Positions 55,197 through 64,000 of a stretch of 64,000 nt of DNA are shown piece by piece. Position 1 is the first letter of the stretch, and the number at the start of each line of letters is the position of its first letter. Source of the DNA: an uncultured Phycisphaeraceae bacterium (GTDB taxonomy: Bacteria; Planctomycetota; Phycisphaerae; UBA1845); NCBI GenBank assembly GCA_964424105.1, contig CAYRHJ010000016.1, positions 75,520 to 139,519 of the forward strand. The letters run 5' to 3'. A program made the position numbers and the translations under genes. The notes below the pieces were generated by a model, which had not been told where the DNA came from, ran no database searches, and worked only from the letters and a program-made list of their open reading frames with translations.

Positions 55197-55568
55197 CTAC
55201 TTAATGGACTTAACTCCGAATTTCTTCATGGCCTCTTTTTCGTTGGCTGCGAAATTGAGCAGCTTGTTCAACTTGGTGATTGTGAAGAGCTTCATGATGC
55301 TGTCGCTGACGCCCGTCAGCACGAGGCAACCCTTGGCCTTTAGATAAGCCGCCTGTAGCGGGATCAGCACGCCGAGCGCCGCCGATGAAAGGTGCTGCAC
55401 CTTTTGTATGTCCAGAATTAGTTTTTTCCTGTCTTGCTTTTCAATCAAATAAAAGAGGGCCGATCGCAACTCCTCGATGTGTTGGGGATCGATGATCGAG
55501 GAATCCTGGACGGTTGCGATGGTGACGTCTTGCATCGTTTCGATCAGCAAGCTGCTTTTTTGAGCCAT
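55197..55568 (-). CDS. STAS-domain anti-sigma-factor antagonist (SpoIIAA-like)
   Basis: 123 aa. The pattern LIETMQDVTIATVQDSSI...LRSALFYLIEKQDRKKLILDIQKVQHLSSAALGVLI contains the conserved Ser region. Confidence 0.85.
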   Translation of the reverse strand: MAQKSSLLIETMQDVTIATVQDSSIIDPQHIEELRSALFYLIEKQDRKKLILDIQKVQHLSSAALGVLIPLQAAYLKAKGCLVLTGVSDSIMKLFTITKLNKLLNFAANEKEAMKKFGVKSIK

Positions 55569-55746
55569 AGCCCTAGTTTATTCAAGCAACGGCGGTTACG
55601 CCAGCTTGATTATCGGAATCAACGCAATTGGAATTTCGCGTCATGCGTTGTTGGCGGCGTTTGGCGACTTGACAGTCTCGAGCACGATGCTAAGCTGCCC
55701 GGTTCGTGGAATGGGTATCGTGGATCGGAAGAACCATAGGCGAATC

Positions 55747-56187
55747 ATGGCAATCGGGTGTATTCGAACAACATCGGCAAAGAAGGAATCGGTAGACCGC
55801 CCTTGGTATCAAGCGGACGCCGATGGGCAAGTCCTGGGCCGGTTGGCGGCGAGGATTGCGACGGTGCTCATGGGCAAACATCGGCCTGTGTACTCGCCAC
55901 ACGTCGACACGGGCGGATTCGTGGTGGTGACGAACGTCGAAAAGATGAAAATCACCGGCAACAAGCTCGATCACAAGGTCTACGCCAAATTCACGGGTCA
56001 TCCGGGTGGATACAGGGAAACCCCGATGCGCCGGGTTTTTGCCACGCGACCTGAGCGCGTTCTCGAGGAAGCGGTCAGACGTATGCTGCCGAAAAACGCC
56101 CTGGCCCGACGAATGTTATTGAAACTGAAATGCTACGCGGGGCAGTCTCATCCACACTCTGCGCAGCAACCACAGCCATTACCGTAG
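55747..56187 (+). CDS. rplM: 50S ribosomal protein L13
   Basis: WYQADADGQVLGRLAARIATVLMGKHRPVYSPHVDTGGFVVVTNVEKMKITGNK...MLPKN. The ORF is open from 55606. Confidence 0.95.
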   Translation: MAIGCIRTTSAKKESVDRPWYQADADGQVLGRLAARIATVLMGKHRPVYSPHVDTGGFVVVTNVEKMKITGNKLDHKVYAKFTGHPGGYRETPMRRVFATRPERVLEEAVRRMLPKNALARRMLLKLKCYAGQSHPHSAQQPQPLP

Positions 56188-56274
56188 CGGATCGTTTCGT
56201 AGAAACAGGAAGCGGACGACAGCTTGGACTTGTATTCGAAGAATGCTCGACCAGCCCGGAGGTTATAAGCCATC

Positions 56275-56793
56275 GTGACGGAAGATCAAACGAAACCAGT
56301 GACTGATCGTTCTGATTCCACGCCTGAAAAAACGCGTGTGCCGGTTCAACCACCGACGGCTTCCACGCCCGTAGCCCAGGTCAAGTCAGCATCGAACGGA
56401 ATGAAATACGGCTATTATTGGGGAACCGGCCGGCGTAAGACATCTGTGGCTCGCGTACGGATCAGGCCCGGAAAGGGCGAGTTCGTTGTCAACAAGCGTC
56501 CGGTGAACGAGTATTTTTCGTTTGAACGCGACCGCAACGATGCCGCGGCACCTTTGAAGGCTACGAATACCGGGGGCAGCGTTGACGTGTTCGTCAACGT
56601 CCGTGGAGGCGGAACTACGGGTCAAGCCGGCGCGATCCTTTTGGGCCTATCCAGGGCGCTTTGCGTCATGGATCAGGCGCACTTGGACAAGCTGCGAGAC
56701 GGAAATTACCTGACGCGCGACAGCCGTAAAGTGGAACGCAAGAAATACGGGCGATCGGGCGCTCGCAAACGCTTCCAGTTCTCGAAACGATGA
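56275..56793 (+). CDS. rpsI: 30S ribosomal protein S9 with an N-terminal extension
   Basis: GTGRRKTSVARVRIRPGKG...GGGTTGQAGAILLGLSRAL...RKKYGRSGARKRFQFSKR. GTG start with GGAGG upstream. Confidence 0.95.
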   Translation: MTEDQTKPVTDRSDSTPEKTRVPVQPPTASTPVAQVKSASNGMKYGYYWGTGRRKTSVARVRIRPGKGEFVVNKRPVNEYFSFERDRNDAAAPLKATNTGGSVDVFVNVRGGGTTGQAGAILLGLSRALCVMDQAHLDKLRDGNYLTRDSRKVERKKYGRSGARKRFQFSKR

Positions 56794-57319
56794 TCGGTGG
56801 TTCGCCGCAGGCTGGCCATTGTGTTGTCGTTCCCGCGTGCGTTCGACATTGAATTTTTTGGTACCAGCATCGCACACCTGGATTTCAGTTCGCTTGGGCG
56901 GGGAAAGTCGCCCTATTCATCTCGTTATCGTGCGGCAGGCTCATGCGTCATAGCCCGTGGTTTTCACGGCGCGTGTCCGACGACTTTCGTTTCAAGCCGG
57001 GGCGATCTTTTCGCCTGAATCGATGACTCAGCCGATCAACCCCCGTGCGCTTCAGATGCGATCTCGCCAGTTGGACCGATCGCGGGAGTCGGTGTCAGCC
57101 GCGAAACGCATTCATTCCGGTCGTCCACGAATCGCGCGATACTCCGCGCGCCTTCTGCGCGCAGCGTAACCGCGTTAGACTCTCGTGCCATGAACGACCC
57201 CGATCCGATTGTATTGGGTCTGAATCGTCGCAACTATTGAAACGACGTTTATGCAGTTGATACGGTTTGGCTGTGCCTCCGCTCCCGCACGGTCGCGGCT
57301 CTGAAAAGATGCAAACAGG

Positions 57320-59098
57320 GTGAAAGACTACAGTCCCCCACCAACCGAGCCGGCTAATCAGCATGCGTCGCGCCGGGTGCCGCTGACGTTGACCATCGTC
57401 GTCATGGTCGCCGTCATGGCAGCGGGCGGTTGGGCATGGTGGACATCGTTTGGATCGTTCACGTCGAGCGGGGGTGACAGGCTGGCTTCGTCGCGGGGCG
57501 GCGCGTGGTTTGTGGACGAGGCCGGCCTTTCCGGCATCACGTTTCAACATCGTTCCGGCGACGGCGGGCAATTTCGGTTTCCCGAAATCATGGCCGGCGG
57601 CGTATGCCTGCTCGATTTCGACATGGACGGGAATCTGGACGTCTATCTGGTTCAGAGCGGCGATCTGGAGGCGGCGAAGGGACCGAATGCGGGAAACGAA
57701 CTGTATCGAAACCGGGGAGACGGGACGTTCCAGAACGTCTCGGCTGGATCGGGGACGGATGACGTGGGCTACGGCATGGGATGTACGAGCGCTGATTACG
57801 ACAATGACGGTTGGGTGGACTTGTACATCACAAACGTCGGTCCGAACACCTTGTTGCGAAACAACGGCGACGGAACGTTCAGCGACGTCTCCGTGGCGGC
57901 TGGTGTTGACGACGTGGGCTGGGGCACTAGCGCCGCGTTTCTCGATTTCGACGCAGACGGCCATTTGGATCTTTTTGTCGTGAATTACATCCGCTGGTCA
58001 TTGCCGGGCGACATTCCCTGTTACACGGGAACGGGCGCGCGGGATTACTGCTCGCCCAACAGCTACAACACCCCTGCGGCTGACACGCTGTATCGCAATC
58101 GCGGCGACGGCTCGTTTGAAGACGTCAGTGAATCGTCGGGAATACGCAGCGTTTTTGGAAACGGATTGGGTGTGGCCTGCGCGGATTTCAACGGGGACGG
58201 TCTGCTTGACGTTTACGTCGCCAACGACGGCATGCCCAATCAGCTCTGGATCAATCGGGGCGGGGGTCATTTCGAGGACGAGGCCATGATGTCGGGCTGC
58301 GCGGTCAACATGCAGGGCGAATCGGAGGCGGGTATGGGCGTGCAGGCCGTCGATTTCGACAACGACGGCGACGCGGACCTGTTCATGTCGCACCTGCGAG
58401 GCGAAACCAACACGTTTTATCAAAACCAGGGGTCGTGGTTCGATGACGTGTCGGCTGGGATCGGACTGGGCGGGCCCAGCGTCGATTACACGGGCTTCGG
58501 GTTGGGGTTTGCGGATTTTGATCACGACGGACGGCAGGATGTTTACATTGCCAACGGTCGCGTGACGCAGTTTGGTTCTCCGCTCGTCGAATCGGATGTG
58601 TTCGCGGAACCGAATCTGTTGTTCACCATGCAGGCGGACGAAACGTTTCGTCCGGTCGAACCCATGGGGGGAACGGATGGGATGTTGATCCACAGCAGCC
58701 GAGGCACCGCGTTGGGAGACCTGGACAACGACGGCGACATGGACGTAGTTGTTGTTAATCGCAATGCTAGGCCATACTTGCTCCGCAACGTCGCAACGAA
58801 GAATGGACATTGGATCATGTTTGATGTTCGCGATGGGATGAATCGCGAAGCGTTGTACGCGGTGGTTCGATTGGAGGCCGATGGACGGACTCAATATCGC
58901 ACGGTGCAGCGGGCCTACAGCTATTGCTCCGGAAACGACGGGCGCGTGCATTTTGGACTGGGCAACGTGTCGAAAATCGAGCGCGTCACGGTTCGCTGGC
59001 TGATCGGAGAACAGGAGTCGTTCGGGCCATTTGACGTCGACAAGCGGTACGTGTTGCGGCGGGGAAGCGGTCAAGTGTCGGATTCGGCGGACGATTGA
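57320..59098 (+). CDS. CRTAC1-family FG-GAP/VCBS repeat protein with an ASPIC/UnbV C-terminal domain
   Basis: Repeated FDxDGxLDxYxxN...NxGDGTFxDV units (for example ADYDNDGWVDLYITNVGPNTLLRNNGDGTFSDVS). C-terminal VRLEADGRTQYRTVQRAYSYCSGNDGRVHFGLG. GTG start. N-terminal TM or signal sequence. Confidence 0.88.
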   Translation: MKDYSPPPTEPANQHASRRVPLTLTIVVMVAVMAAGGWAWWTSFGSFTSSGGDRLASSRGGAWFVDEAGLSGITFQHRSGDGGQFRFPEIMAGGVCLLDFDMDGNLDVYLVQSGDLEAAKGPNAGNELYRNRGDGTFQNVSAGSGTDDVGYGMGCTSADYDNDGWVDLYITNVGPNTLLRNNGDGTFSDVSVAAGVDDVGWGTSAAFLDFDADGHLDLFVVNYIRWSLPGDIPCYTGTGARDYCSPNSYNTPAADTLYRNRGDGSFEDVSESSGIRSVFGNGLGVACADFNGDGLLDVYVANDGMPNQLWINRGGGHFEDEAMMSGCAVNMQGESEAGMGVQAVDFDNDGDADLFMSHLRGETNTFYQNQGSWFDDVSAGIGLGGPSVDYTGFGLGFADFDHDGRQDVYIANGRVTQFGSPLVESDVFAEPNLLFTMQADETFRPVEPMGGTDGMLIHSSRGTALGDLDNDGDMDVVVVNRNARPYLLRNVATKNGHWIMFDVRDGMNREALYAVVRLEADGRTQYRTVQRAYSYCSGNDGRVHFGLGNVSKIERVTVRWLIGEQESFGPFDVDKRYVLRRGSGQVSDSADD

Positions 59099-59103
59099 CG
59101 GTC

Positions 59104-59192
59104 GAATGGTCCGATGAATGATGGTGGTCGATTCCGCGATTGCCGAAAAATGCAACGGTCGTGACTGGATTCCGGCGTTCGCCGGAATGACG
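59104..59192. repeat. composite intergenic repeat, copy 2
   Basis: gaatggtccgatgaatgatggtggtcg...ggattccggcgttcgccggaatgacg. Starts 6 nt after the stop codon of the FG-GAP gene. Confidence 0.8.
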
Positions 59193-59540
59193 GAATGCGA
59201 CACGGTGACCGTTGGCGATCTGCGGGGGACCGCTCGCTTTGCGCTCGCGGCTCGTAAACGAGTTGGTCGCGGGTCTGAAAATAGCGATGGACCACCATGC
59301 GGGGCGATGGTCCGAAAGATGTCTTCGTTTTGGTCATTCCTGCACGTCCAGGTATTCGGCACGAAATCGCTGCCAGCACGAATCATTCCCCCTGCTCCCC
59401 TCTCGGTGGTATAATGAAGCGTGCAATGATCGTCGTTGCGCCGACATGTTCTGGGATCGCCGTCTCGATCCCCAAGGTGCTATAACAAGATGGCGTGCCC
59501 CGCCGGCAGCGGGGAACGAGAGTTACGAGTGGCTCATACC

Positions 59541-60992
59541 ATGTCACAATCCATGGGGCAATTCATGCGGCTGGAGCAGCGGCTGACGCCGCAGCTCATT
59601 CAATCCATGGATATTCTCCAGCTTTCGGCTCAGGATCTGGAACTTCGCATCGCCGAAGAACTCGAAAAAAACGTCACGCTGGAGTTGGCTGACCCCGCCC
59701 CTTCCGCGGAGGAGGCGGAGGGTCAATCCCGTGACGATAATCAGGCCCGCGTCGACGGCGATTCGGAGAGCTTTTCGCGGCTGGATCGATTCGCACGCGA
59801 GAATCGGCTGGAATTCGAGGACAGTTCGTTATCCCACCTTCGCGGGCGATACACCGGTGGGGGCGAACGGGATTCCAAGTTGGACGCCATGGCCAACACC
59901 GCCGGTCGCAGCCAGGGTCTGGACGAGCACTTGCTTCAGCAATGGGTCTTGCTTGATCTCGACGATGAAACACGACGAGCCGGTGAGACGATCATCTATC
60001 ATCTGAACGAGGACGGCTATCTGAAGACCTCGTTGGAGCAGGTCGCGGAAAATTGCAGGCCGGCAGTATCGGCCGACGTTTTGGAAAGAGCGTTGGCGCG
60101 GGTTCAACGACTTGAACCGGTGGGCATCGCAGCTCGCGATTACCGAGAATGTCTGCTGTTGCAACTGGAAACGCTTCCCGGCGACAACGAGATCGAGCGC
60201 CGGCTCATTGCCGACCATCTGGAAGACATCGGCAAGAATCGTTTGCCGGTGATTGCGGCGGCCACGGGTTTCTCGCTGGGCGAAATCACGTCTGCGATCG
60301 AGGTCATCACGCACTCGCTGTTGCTTTATCCGGCCTATCAGGTCGTGGAAAAGCGAATTCCGCGGGTGTTTCCGGATGTGATTGTCGAGGAGGAGCTTGC
60401 GGGCAAGGGCCTGATGGTCCGGCTGACGCGTGGCAATCTGCCGGATCTGCGGATCAAGCAGGAATATTTGGACATGCTCAAGGCCCGTTCGAACGGCAAG
60501 GAGGTTCGTGAATTCGTTCGGAAGCAAGTGGAAAATGCTGGGACACTGATCGAAGCGATCAAGTTTCGAAAGAGCCGGCTGATGGAAGTTGCCCAAGCGA
60601 TCGTGACTCACCAGCCGGAATTCTTCGAAGTCGGCCCGTCGGGATTGAAGGTGTTCCGCATGAGCGATTTGGCTGACGAATTGGGCTGTGACCCGTCTAC
60701 AATCAGCCGATCGGTAGCTGATAAGTTCATGGAAACGCCCTACGGGGTGCTTCCGATGCGGTATTTTTTCACCGGCGGAACTGAATCGGGCGACGCGGCG
60801 GGGACGAGTTGGGACAGCATCAAGCAGCGTGTGGCCCAGATTATTAAGGAAGAAGACCCCAAGGACCCGCTGAACGACGATCAAATCACGGAGCTGCTGG
60901 CGAAAGAGGATATTCCCATCAAGAGGCGGACGGTGGCGAAGTATCGATCGCAGCTCGACATTCCGCCCGCGCGACAGCGACGGCAATTCTAA
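59541..60992 (+). CDS. rpoN: RNA polymerase sigma-54 factor
   Basis: N-terminal region I MRLEQRLTPQLIQSMDILQLSAQDLELRIAEELEKN. C-terminal HTH and the RpoN box RRTVAKYR. The ORF is open from 59436. Confidence 0.93.
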   Translation: MSQSMGQFMRLEQRLTPQLIQSMDILQLSAQDLELRIAEELEKNVTLELADPAPSAEEAEGQSRDDNQARVDGDSESFSRLDRFARENRLEFEDSSLSHLRGRYTGGGERDSKLDAMANTAGRSQGLDEHLLQQWVLLDLDDETRRAGETIIYHLNEDGYLKTSLEQVAENCRPAVSADVLERALARVQRLEPVGIAARDYRECLLLQLETLPGDNEIERRLIADHLEDIGKNRLPVIAAATGFSLGEITSAIEVITHSLLLYPAYQVVEKRIPRVFPDVIVEEELAGKGLMVRLTRGNLPDLRIKQEYLDMLKARSNGKEVREFVRKQVENAGTLIEAIKFRKSRLMEVAQAIVTHQPEFFEVGPSGLKVFRMSDLADELGCDPSTISRSVADKFMETPYGVLPMRYFFTGGTESGDAAGTSWDSIKQRVAQIIKEEDPKDPLNDDQITELLAKEDIPIKRRTVAKYRSQLDIPPARQRRQF

Positions 60993-61095
60993 CCCGGCAG
61001 TGAAATGCAAACGGGAAGTGCCATGCTACCGGCATCACCGAGTCTTGCCTTGCATTCCTTTCCGACCGTCATTTCGGCGGAATTCGTGGTTAGGA

Positions 61096-62616
61096 TCATG
61101 CATCCATGTCCGCCCATCGCTTGGCCATTTGACCGAAGATGTACAAGGCCACAGCGGCGACCACGCCGATGGCGGCAAACGGGATCCAAACGAAATACTG
61201 CGGGTGATAGGTTTCCCACAGGAGGCGTGTGGCCTCGACACCGTCAATGTTTAGGATTTCCTGAAGCTTTTGGAAGGCTTCCGCCCGCGAAATACCGGCC
61301 ACTTGCTCGATGGTCGAAATCGATCCATTCCAATCTCGACCGTCTCCCCACTGCGTTTTTTGAAGCAGATATTTCAGCGCCAGCGTGGCCTTTTCACCAA
61401 AATGTCCGTAAACCCAACCCGCGAGGTACGAACCTGCACCCACGCCCAATCCGACGGGAATGTTCACGTAACCGAGGTAAAGCCCTTTCTTTCCCGGCGG
61501 AGCGATCAGGCCGAGGTATTCGTTTTTCTTCGGTCCGGTCAGCATTTCCCCCAGCGAAAAGAAGACGATGCCCAACAGCAGAAACCAGCCGTTGCCGGTC
61601 AGGCCGGCCAGCAACACGCCGCAGGTGGCGACGATCATGCCCCAGAACATGCTTTCCAACGTTCGGAATTTGCGCACCAACCATGAAATCGGGATCATGA
61701 GCGTGACGATCAGCAGCGCATTGAGCGAAATGAGGACTTGCTGAGGGACCCGCAGCCGGCCTTGGTCTCCCATTTCCCGCCAGGCGTCGAACGGGACGTA
61801 TTGGGCGACCATGGAGCTGTCCACCCAGTCTTCGATGAAATTCGGTTGCAAGTCCCAGAGTTGATACATCATCAGCCAAAAGCAGGACATGATGATCAAC
61901 CATGTGCAAAGTCGGGGTTCGAAGACGTTGACGATGGTCTTCCAGAAAACACGCACCGGGCTTTCCGTTTGCGAGGCCCCCGACGAGACGTTGGGAATGG
62001 TGAACAGCATGAGGTAATTCAAGGCGGTAAAGCCGGCACACGTCAGGAACATGAGCCGCCATCCGCTCCAATCGTGATTGCCCAACAGGAGCGGAGAAAG
62101 ATAGTGGCCGATGAGCGAACCGACGTTCACAACCCAATAGAAGATTCCCCAGCCCAGTGACGACGTGGCCTTGGTCAGCCCGTGGGACAAGGTCGCCTGA
62201 AGGCTGGGTTTGAAGAAGGCCGTTCCGATGGCCAACACGATGACGCCGGCGAAGAAACCGTAATAGGTGTGAAACATGGCCATCAGGACGTAACCGATGA
62301 TGTTGAGCGTGATGGAGAAGAACAGCGTGCGTTTGTAGCCGTAGCGATCGGCGTAACCACCCGTGACCATGGGCAGGAACGACTGGAAAAGCGCCCACCA
62401 CGCGTAGATCCAACCCTTGTGGGCGGCGGTCAATTGGAGACCACCCGGATCGGTGGCCTGCATGATGTAAATGGGTGCGACCGGGCGAAGCGTGTAATAG
62501 GCCAGCCGTTCCCACATTTCGATAATGTTGCACAGCCAATAGGTCCGGCCCATGGCGCTGACGCCTGATGGCGCGGCATCGGTCGGTCGTGTCGAATCGG
62601 TTGAATCCATGGTCAT
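61096..62616 (-). CDS. POT/PTR-family proton-dependent oligopeptide transporter (MFS)
   Basis: The signature MWERLAYYTLRP corresponds to the ExxERFxYY motif. About 14 TM helices, 506 aa. The start may be the second ATG at 62610, which has better spacing to AAGGGG. Confidence 0.88.
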   Translation of the reverse strand: MTMDSTDSTRPTDAAPSGVSAMGRTYWLCNIIEMWERLAYYTLRPVAPIYIMQATDPGGLQLTAAHKGWIYAWWALFQSFLPMVTGGYADRYGYKRTLFFSITLNIIGYVLMAMFHTYYGFFAGVIVLAIGTAFFKPSLQATLSHGLTKATSSLGWGIFYWVVNVGSLIGHYLSPLLLGNHDWSGWRLMFLTCAGFTALNYLMLFTIPNVSSGASQTESPVRVFWKTIVNVFEPRLCTWLIIMSCFWLMMYQLWDLQPNFIEDWVDSSMVAQYVPFDAWREMGDQGRLRVPQQVLISLNALLIVTLMIPISWLVRKFRTLESMFWGMIVATCGVLLAGLTGNGWFLLLGIVFFSLGEMLTGPKKNEYLGLIAPPGKKGLYLGYVNIPVGLGVGAGSYLAGWVYGHFGEKATLALKYLLQKTQWGDGRDWNGSISTIEQVAGISRAEAFQKLQEILNIDGVEATRLLWETYHPQYFVWIPFAAIGVVAAVALYIFGQMAKRWADMDA

Positions 62617-62780
62617 CCCCTTGATTCGCTAGTGAAGCCGCCAAGCCCGAAGGTGAAGGCGGGAGTTTGGCCGATCCGTCGACGGCGGTCAATCGTTGAA
62701 TGCCTGGGGATTCGCCGATATGTTGACCGGGGCGTAGGCGGGGTGACAGAAGATCGATGGGTGGAGTTGGCCGGCCCCGT

Positions 62781-62860
62781 CGTACGGTGTTCATGGCGGC
62801 GGCGTCCGATGTTCATTGCGGCGCCGTACGATGTTCATGGCGGCGGACGATCATTGTTGA
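62781..62860. repeat. 22-bp tandem array, about 3.5 units, in a divergent promoter region
   Basis: Units: cgtacggtgttcatggcggcgg / cgtccgatgttcattgcggcgc / cgtacgatgttcatggcggcgg / acgatcattgttga (partial). The array lies between the POT transporter start (62616, minus) and the thioesterase start (62873, plus). Confidence 0.85.
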
Positions 62861-62872
62861 GAGAACAAACAA

Positions 62873-63283
62873 GTGGATGAAACGCTGCTTCAACGCATCT
62901 TTCGGATACCTATCGTCAAGACGCTGGGAATGGATTTCAAGGAATTGAACGAGGGAATCTGTACCGTCGAGGTTCCGCATGACAAACGCTTCGACGGAGT
63001 TTACGAATCGATGCATGGCGGGCTGATGATGACGGTGGCAGACAGCATCGCCTGTTTCGCCATTATGTCGCGTACCGGTCCGGAGCAGGCTATGACTACC
63101 ACGGATATGAACATCCGCTTCTTGGCCGCCTGCCTGACTGACGTGACTGCGACAGCCCGGGTGATCAAGCTGGGCCGGACGCTTTGTCCGGTGGCGGTCG
63201 ATCTTTTCGACTCGAGCGGACGTCATTGTGCGGTGGCTCAAGTCACGTACATGCTCTTGGATCGCATTCCCAAGCGTCATTGA
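62873..63283 (+). CDS. PaaI-family hotdog-fold thioesterase
   Basis: 136 aa. LGMDFKELNEGICTVEVPHDKRF...MHGGLMMTVADSIACFAI...ARVIKLGRTLCPVAVDLF is the typical PaaI pattern. GTG start. Confidence 0.85.
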   Translation: MDETLLQRIFRIPIVKTLGMDFKELNEGICTVEVPHDKRFDGVYESMHGGLMMTVADSIACFAIMSRTGPEQAMTTTDMNIRFLAACLTDVTATARVIKLGRTLCPVAVDLFDSSGRHCAVAQVTYMLLDRIPKRH

Positions 63284-63288
63284 TCATA

Positions 63289-63380
63289 GAATGGTCCACT
63301 GAATGATGGTCGTCGTTTCGGTAAATGCAGGAAACCGCAATGATCATGGCTGGGCCCCGGCGTGCGCCGGGGTGACGGCG
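63289..63380. repeat. composite intergenic repeat, copy 3 (hairpin variant CCCCGGCGTGCGCCGGGG)
   Basis: gaatggtccactgaatgatggtcgtcg...gggccccggcgtgcgccggggtgacggcg. Starts 6 nt after the stop codon of the thioesterase gene. Confidence 0.75.
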
Positions 63381-63459
63381 TTGCCACAGGAACGAAGCAG
63401 CTTCATTTCACTGTTTTAACGTCAATGAAATCAAAGCGCGACAGCGGCGGGAGGCCTGC

Positions 63460-64000
63460 CATGGATTTGGACGACGACGACACTTGCATGTCCGGCGGCG
63501 ACGACACTTGCAAGTCCGGTGACGACGACACTCGAATGCCCGGCGACGACGAGCGGTTCATGCGGTCCGCCCTCGACGAAGCGCTCGCAGCCATGGAAAA
63601 TGGCGACGTGCCGGTGGGCGCAGTGGTCGTTCATGACGGTCGCATCATTGGCCGAGGCAGGAATGAGCGCGAGCGGCTGAATGATCCGACGGCGCACGCC
63701 GAAATGATCGCCATCAGCGCCGCGGCGGAACATCTGCGTTCGTGGCGCCTGAACGACTGCACGCTGTACGTGACATTGGAGCCTTGCATTATGTGTGCGG
63801 GTGCCCTCGTTCACGCCCGTATGGGGCGTCTGGTTTTCGGCACGGCGGATCCGAAGGCCGGTGCGTGTGGATCGGTATTCAACGTCGTCAATGACGGGCG
63901 GCTCAATCATCGGGTGAAGACGGATTTTGGAACGCTCGAACAACCGTGCGCGTCTATCCTGCATGACTTTTTTGCCCGGCAGCGAAGCTTGGGGAAAAAG
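63460..64000 (+). CDS. tadA: tRNA adenosine(34) deaminase TadA (3' end runs off window; absent from the ORF track for that reason)
   Basis: My own translation gives ...FMRSALDEALAAMENGDVPVGAVVVHDGRIIGRGRNERERLNDPTAHAEMIAI...TLYVTLEPCIMCAGALVHARMGRLVFG, containing the HAE and PCxxC deaminase motifs. GGGAGG lies 6 nt upstream of the ATG at 63460. The N-terminal 30 aa is a repeat-encoded extension. Confidence 0.88.
63475..63546 (+). repeat. 24-bp in-frame tandem repeat x3 at the 5' end of tadA
   Basis: Units: gacgacacttgcatgtccggcggc / gacgacacttgcaagtccggtgac / gacgacactcgaatgcccggcgac. They encode DDTCMSGG-DDTCKSGD-DDTRMPGD. Confidence 0.85.

Noticed and set aside
57998-59386. 462-aa minus-strand ORF (and 57095-57964, 289 aa)
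   Set aside because: Both are antisense to the FG-GAP/ASPIC gene. Their 5' part runs through the intergenic repeat element, producing the spurious 'VIPANAGIQ' peptide.
59829-61010. 393-aa minus-strand ORF
   Set aside because: It is antisense to rpoN, whose region I and RpoN box are clear on the plus strand.
61394-62794. 466-aa minus-strand ORF in an alternative frame
   Set aside because: It is on the same strand as the POT transporter but in a different frame. The POT frame carries the ExxERxxYY signature and TM helices, whereas this frame is Arg/Pro/Gly-rich.
63431-63964. 177-aa minus-strand ORF
   Set aside because: It is antisense to tadA. The plus-strand frame contains the HAE/PCxxC deaminase motifs and is missing from the ORF track only because it has no stop codon inside the window.
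1-64000. tRNA, rRNA, tmRNA, RNase P or riboswitch candidates in the larger intergenic gaps (12437-12777, 39982-40242, 44148-44644, 52348-52955, 54411-55196, 56794-57319, 59099-59540)
   Set aside because: I saw no T-loop (GGTTCGAATCC-like) or acceptor-stem pattern, nor other signatures I can recognise by eye. The gaps are largely explained by the dispersed repeat families. A covariance-model scan with Infernal/Rfam and tRNAscan-SE would be needed to be sure.

Overview
High-GC bacterial chromosomal window. The gene content points to Planctomycetota (inference): a DUF1559 prepilin-like protein, PEP-CTERM proteins, giant Cys-rich and dockerin-like secreted proteins, a GT39 glycosyltransferase, a CRTAC1-like FG-GAP protein and a permease-less regulatory PTS. 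I call 43 protein-coding genes, 2 of them partial at the window edges. I found no rRNA, tRNA, CRISPR array, transposase or integrase. Housekeeping blocks are: uppP; BamD-like/LptE-like/ftsH/folP; asd; tdh; serS; hpf-ptsN-HPr-ptsI; DUF2344 plus RNase E/G; rplM-rpsI; rpoN; and tadA, which runs off the 3' end. The outstanding feature is a 20.8-kb island (17726-38511) of four giant secreted proteins of 1327, 1853, 1803 and 1297 aa, plus a related 727-aa protein at 3365-5548. By motif-level reading these combine cohesin-like modules, dockerin/EF-hand-like Ca-loop pairs, hierarchical Cys-rich repeats, HYR-like modules and beta-helix repeats. Two of them share a gapless 28-residue C-terminal tail (CG..G.I.L......LS....Q.RRR.P) that differs from the two classical PEP-CTERM tails also present in the window. 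I read this as a candidate new sorting signal and a cohesin/dockerin-style surface scaffold with no recognisable enzymes. Intergenic DNA carries at least two short repeat/hairpin families, an 88-bp-period duplication and three tandem arrays (16 bp x6, 22 bp x3.5, 24 bp x3). All family assignments come from reading the translations by eye. No HMM, BLAST or structure search was run, so domain names marked '-like' are hypotheses. Many long ORFs in the supplied track are antisense or alternative-frame shadows of real genes, which is typical of high-GC DNA, and were rejected.
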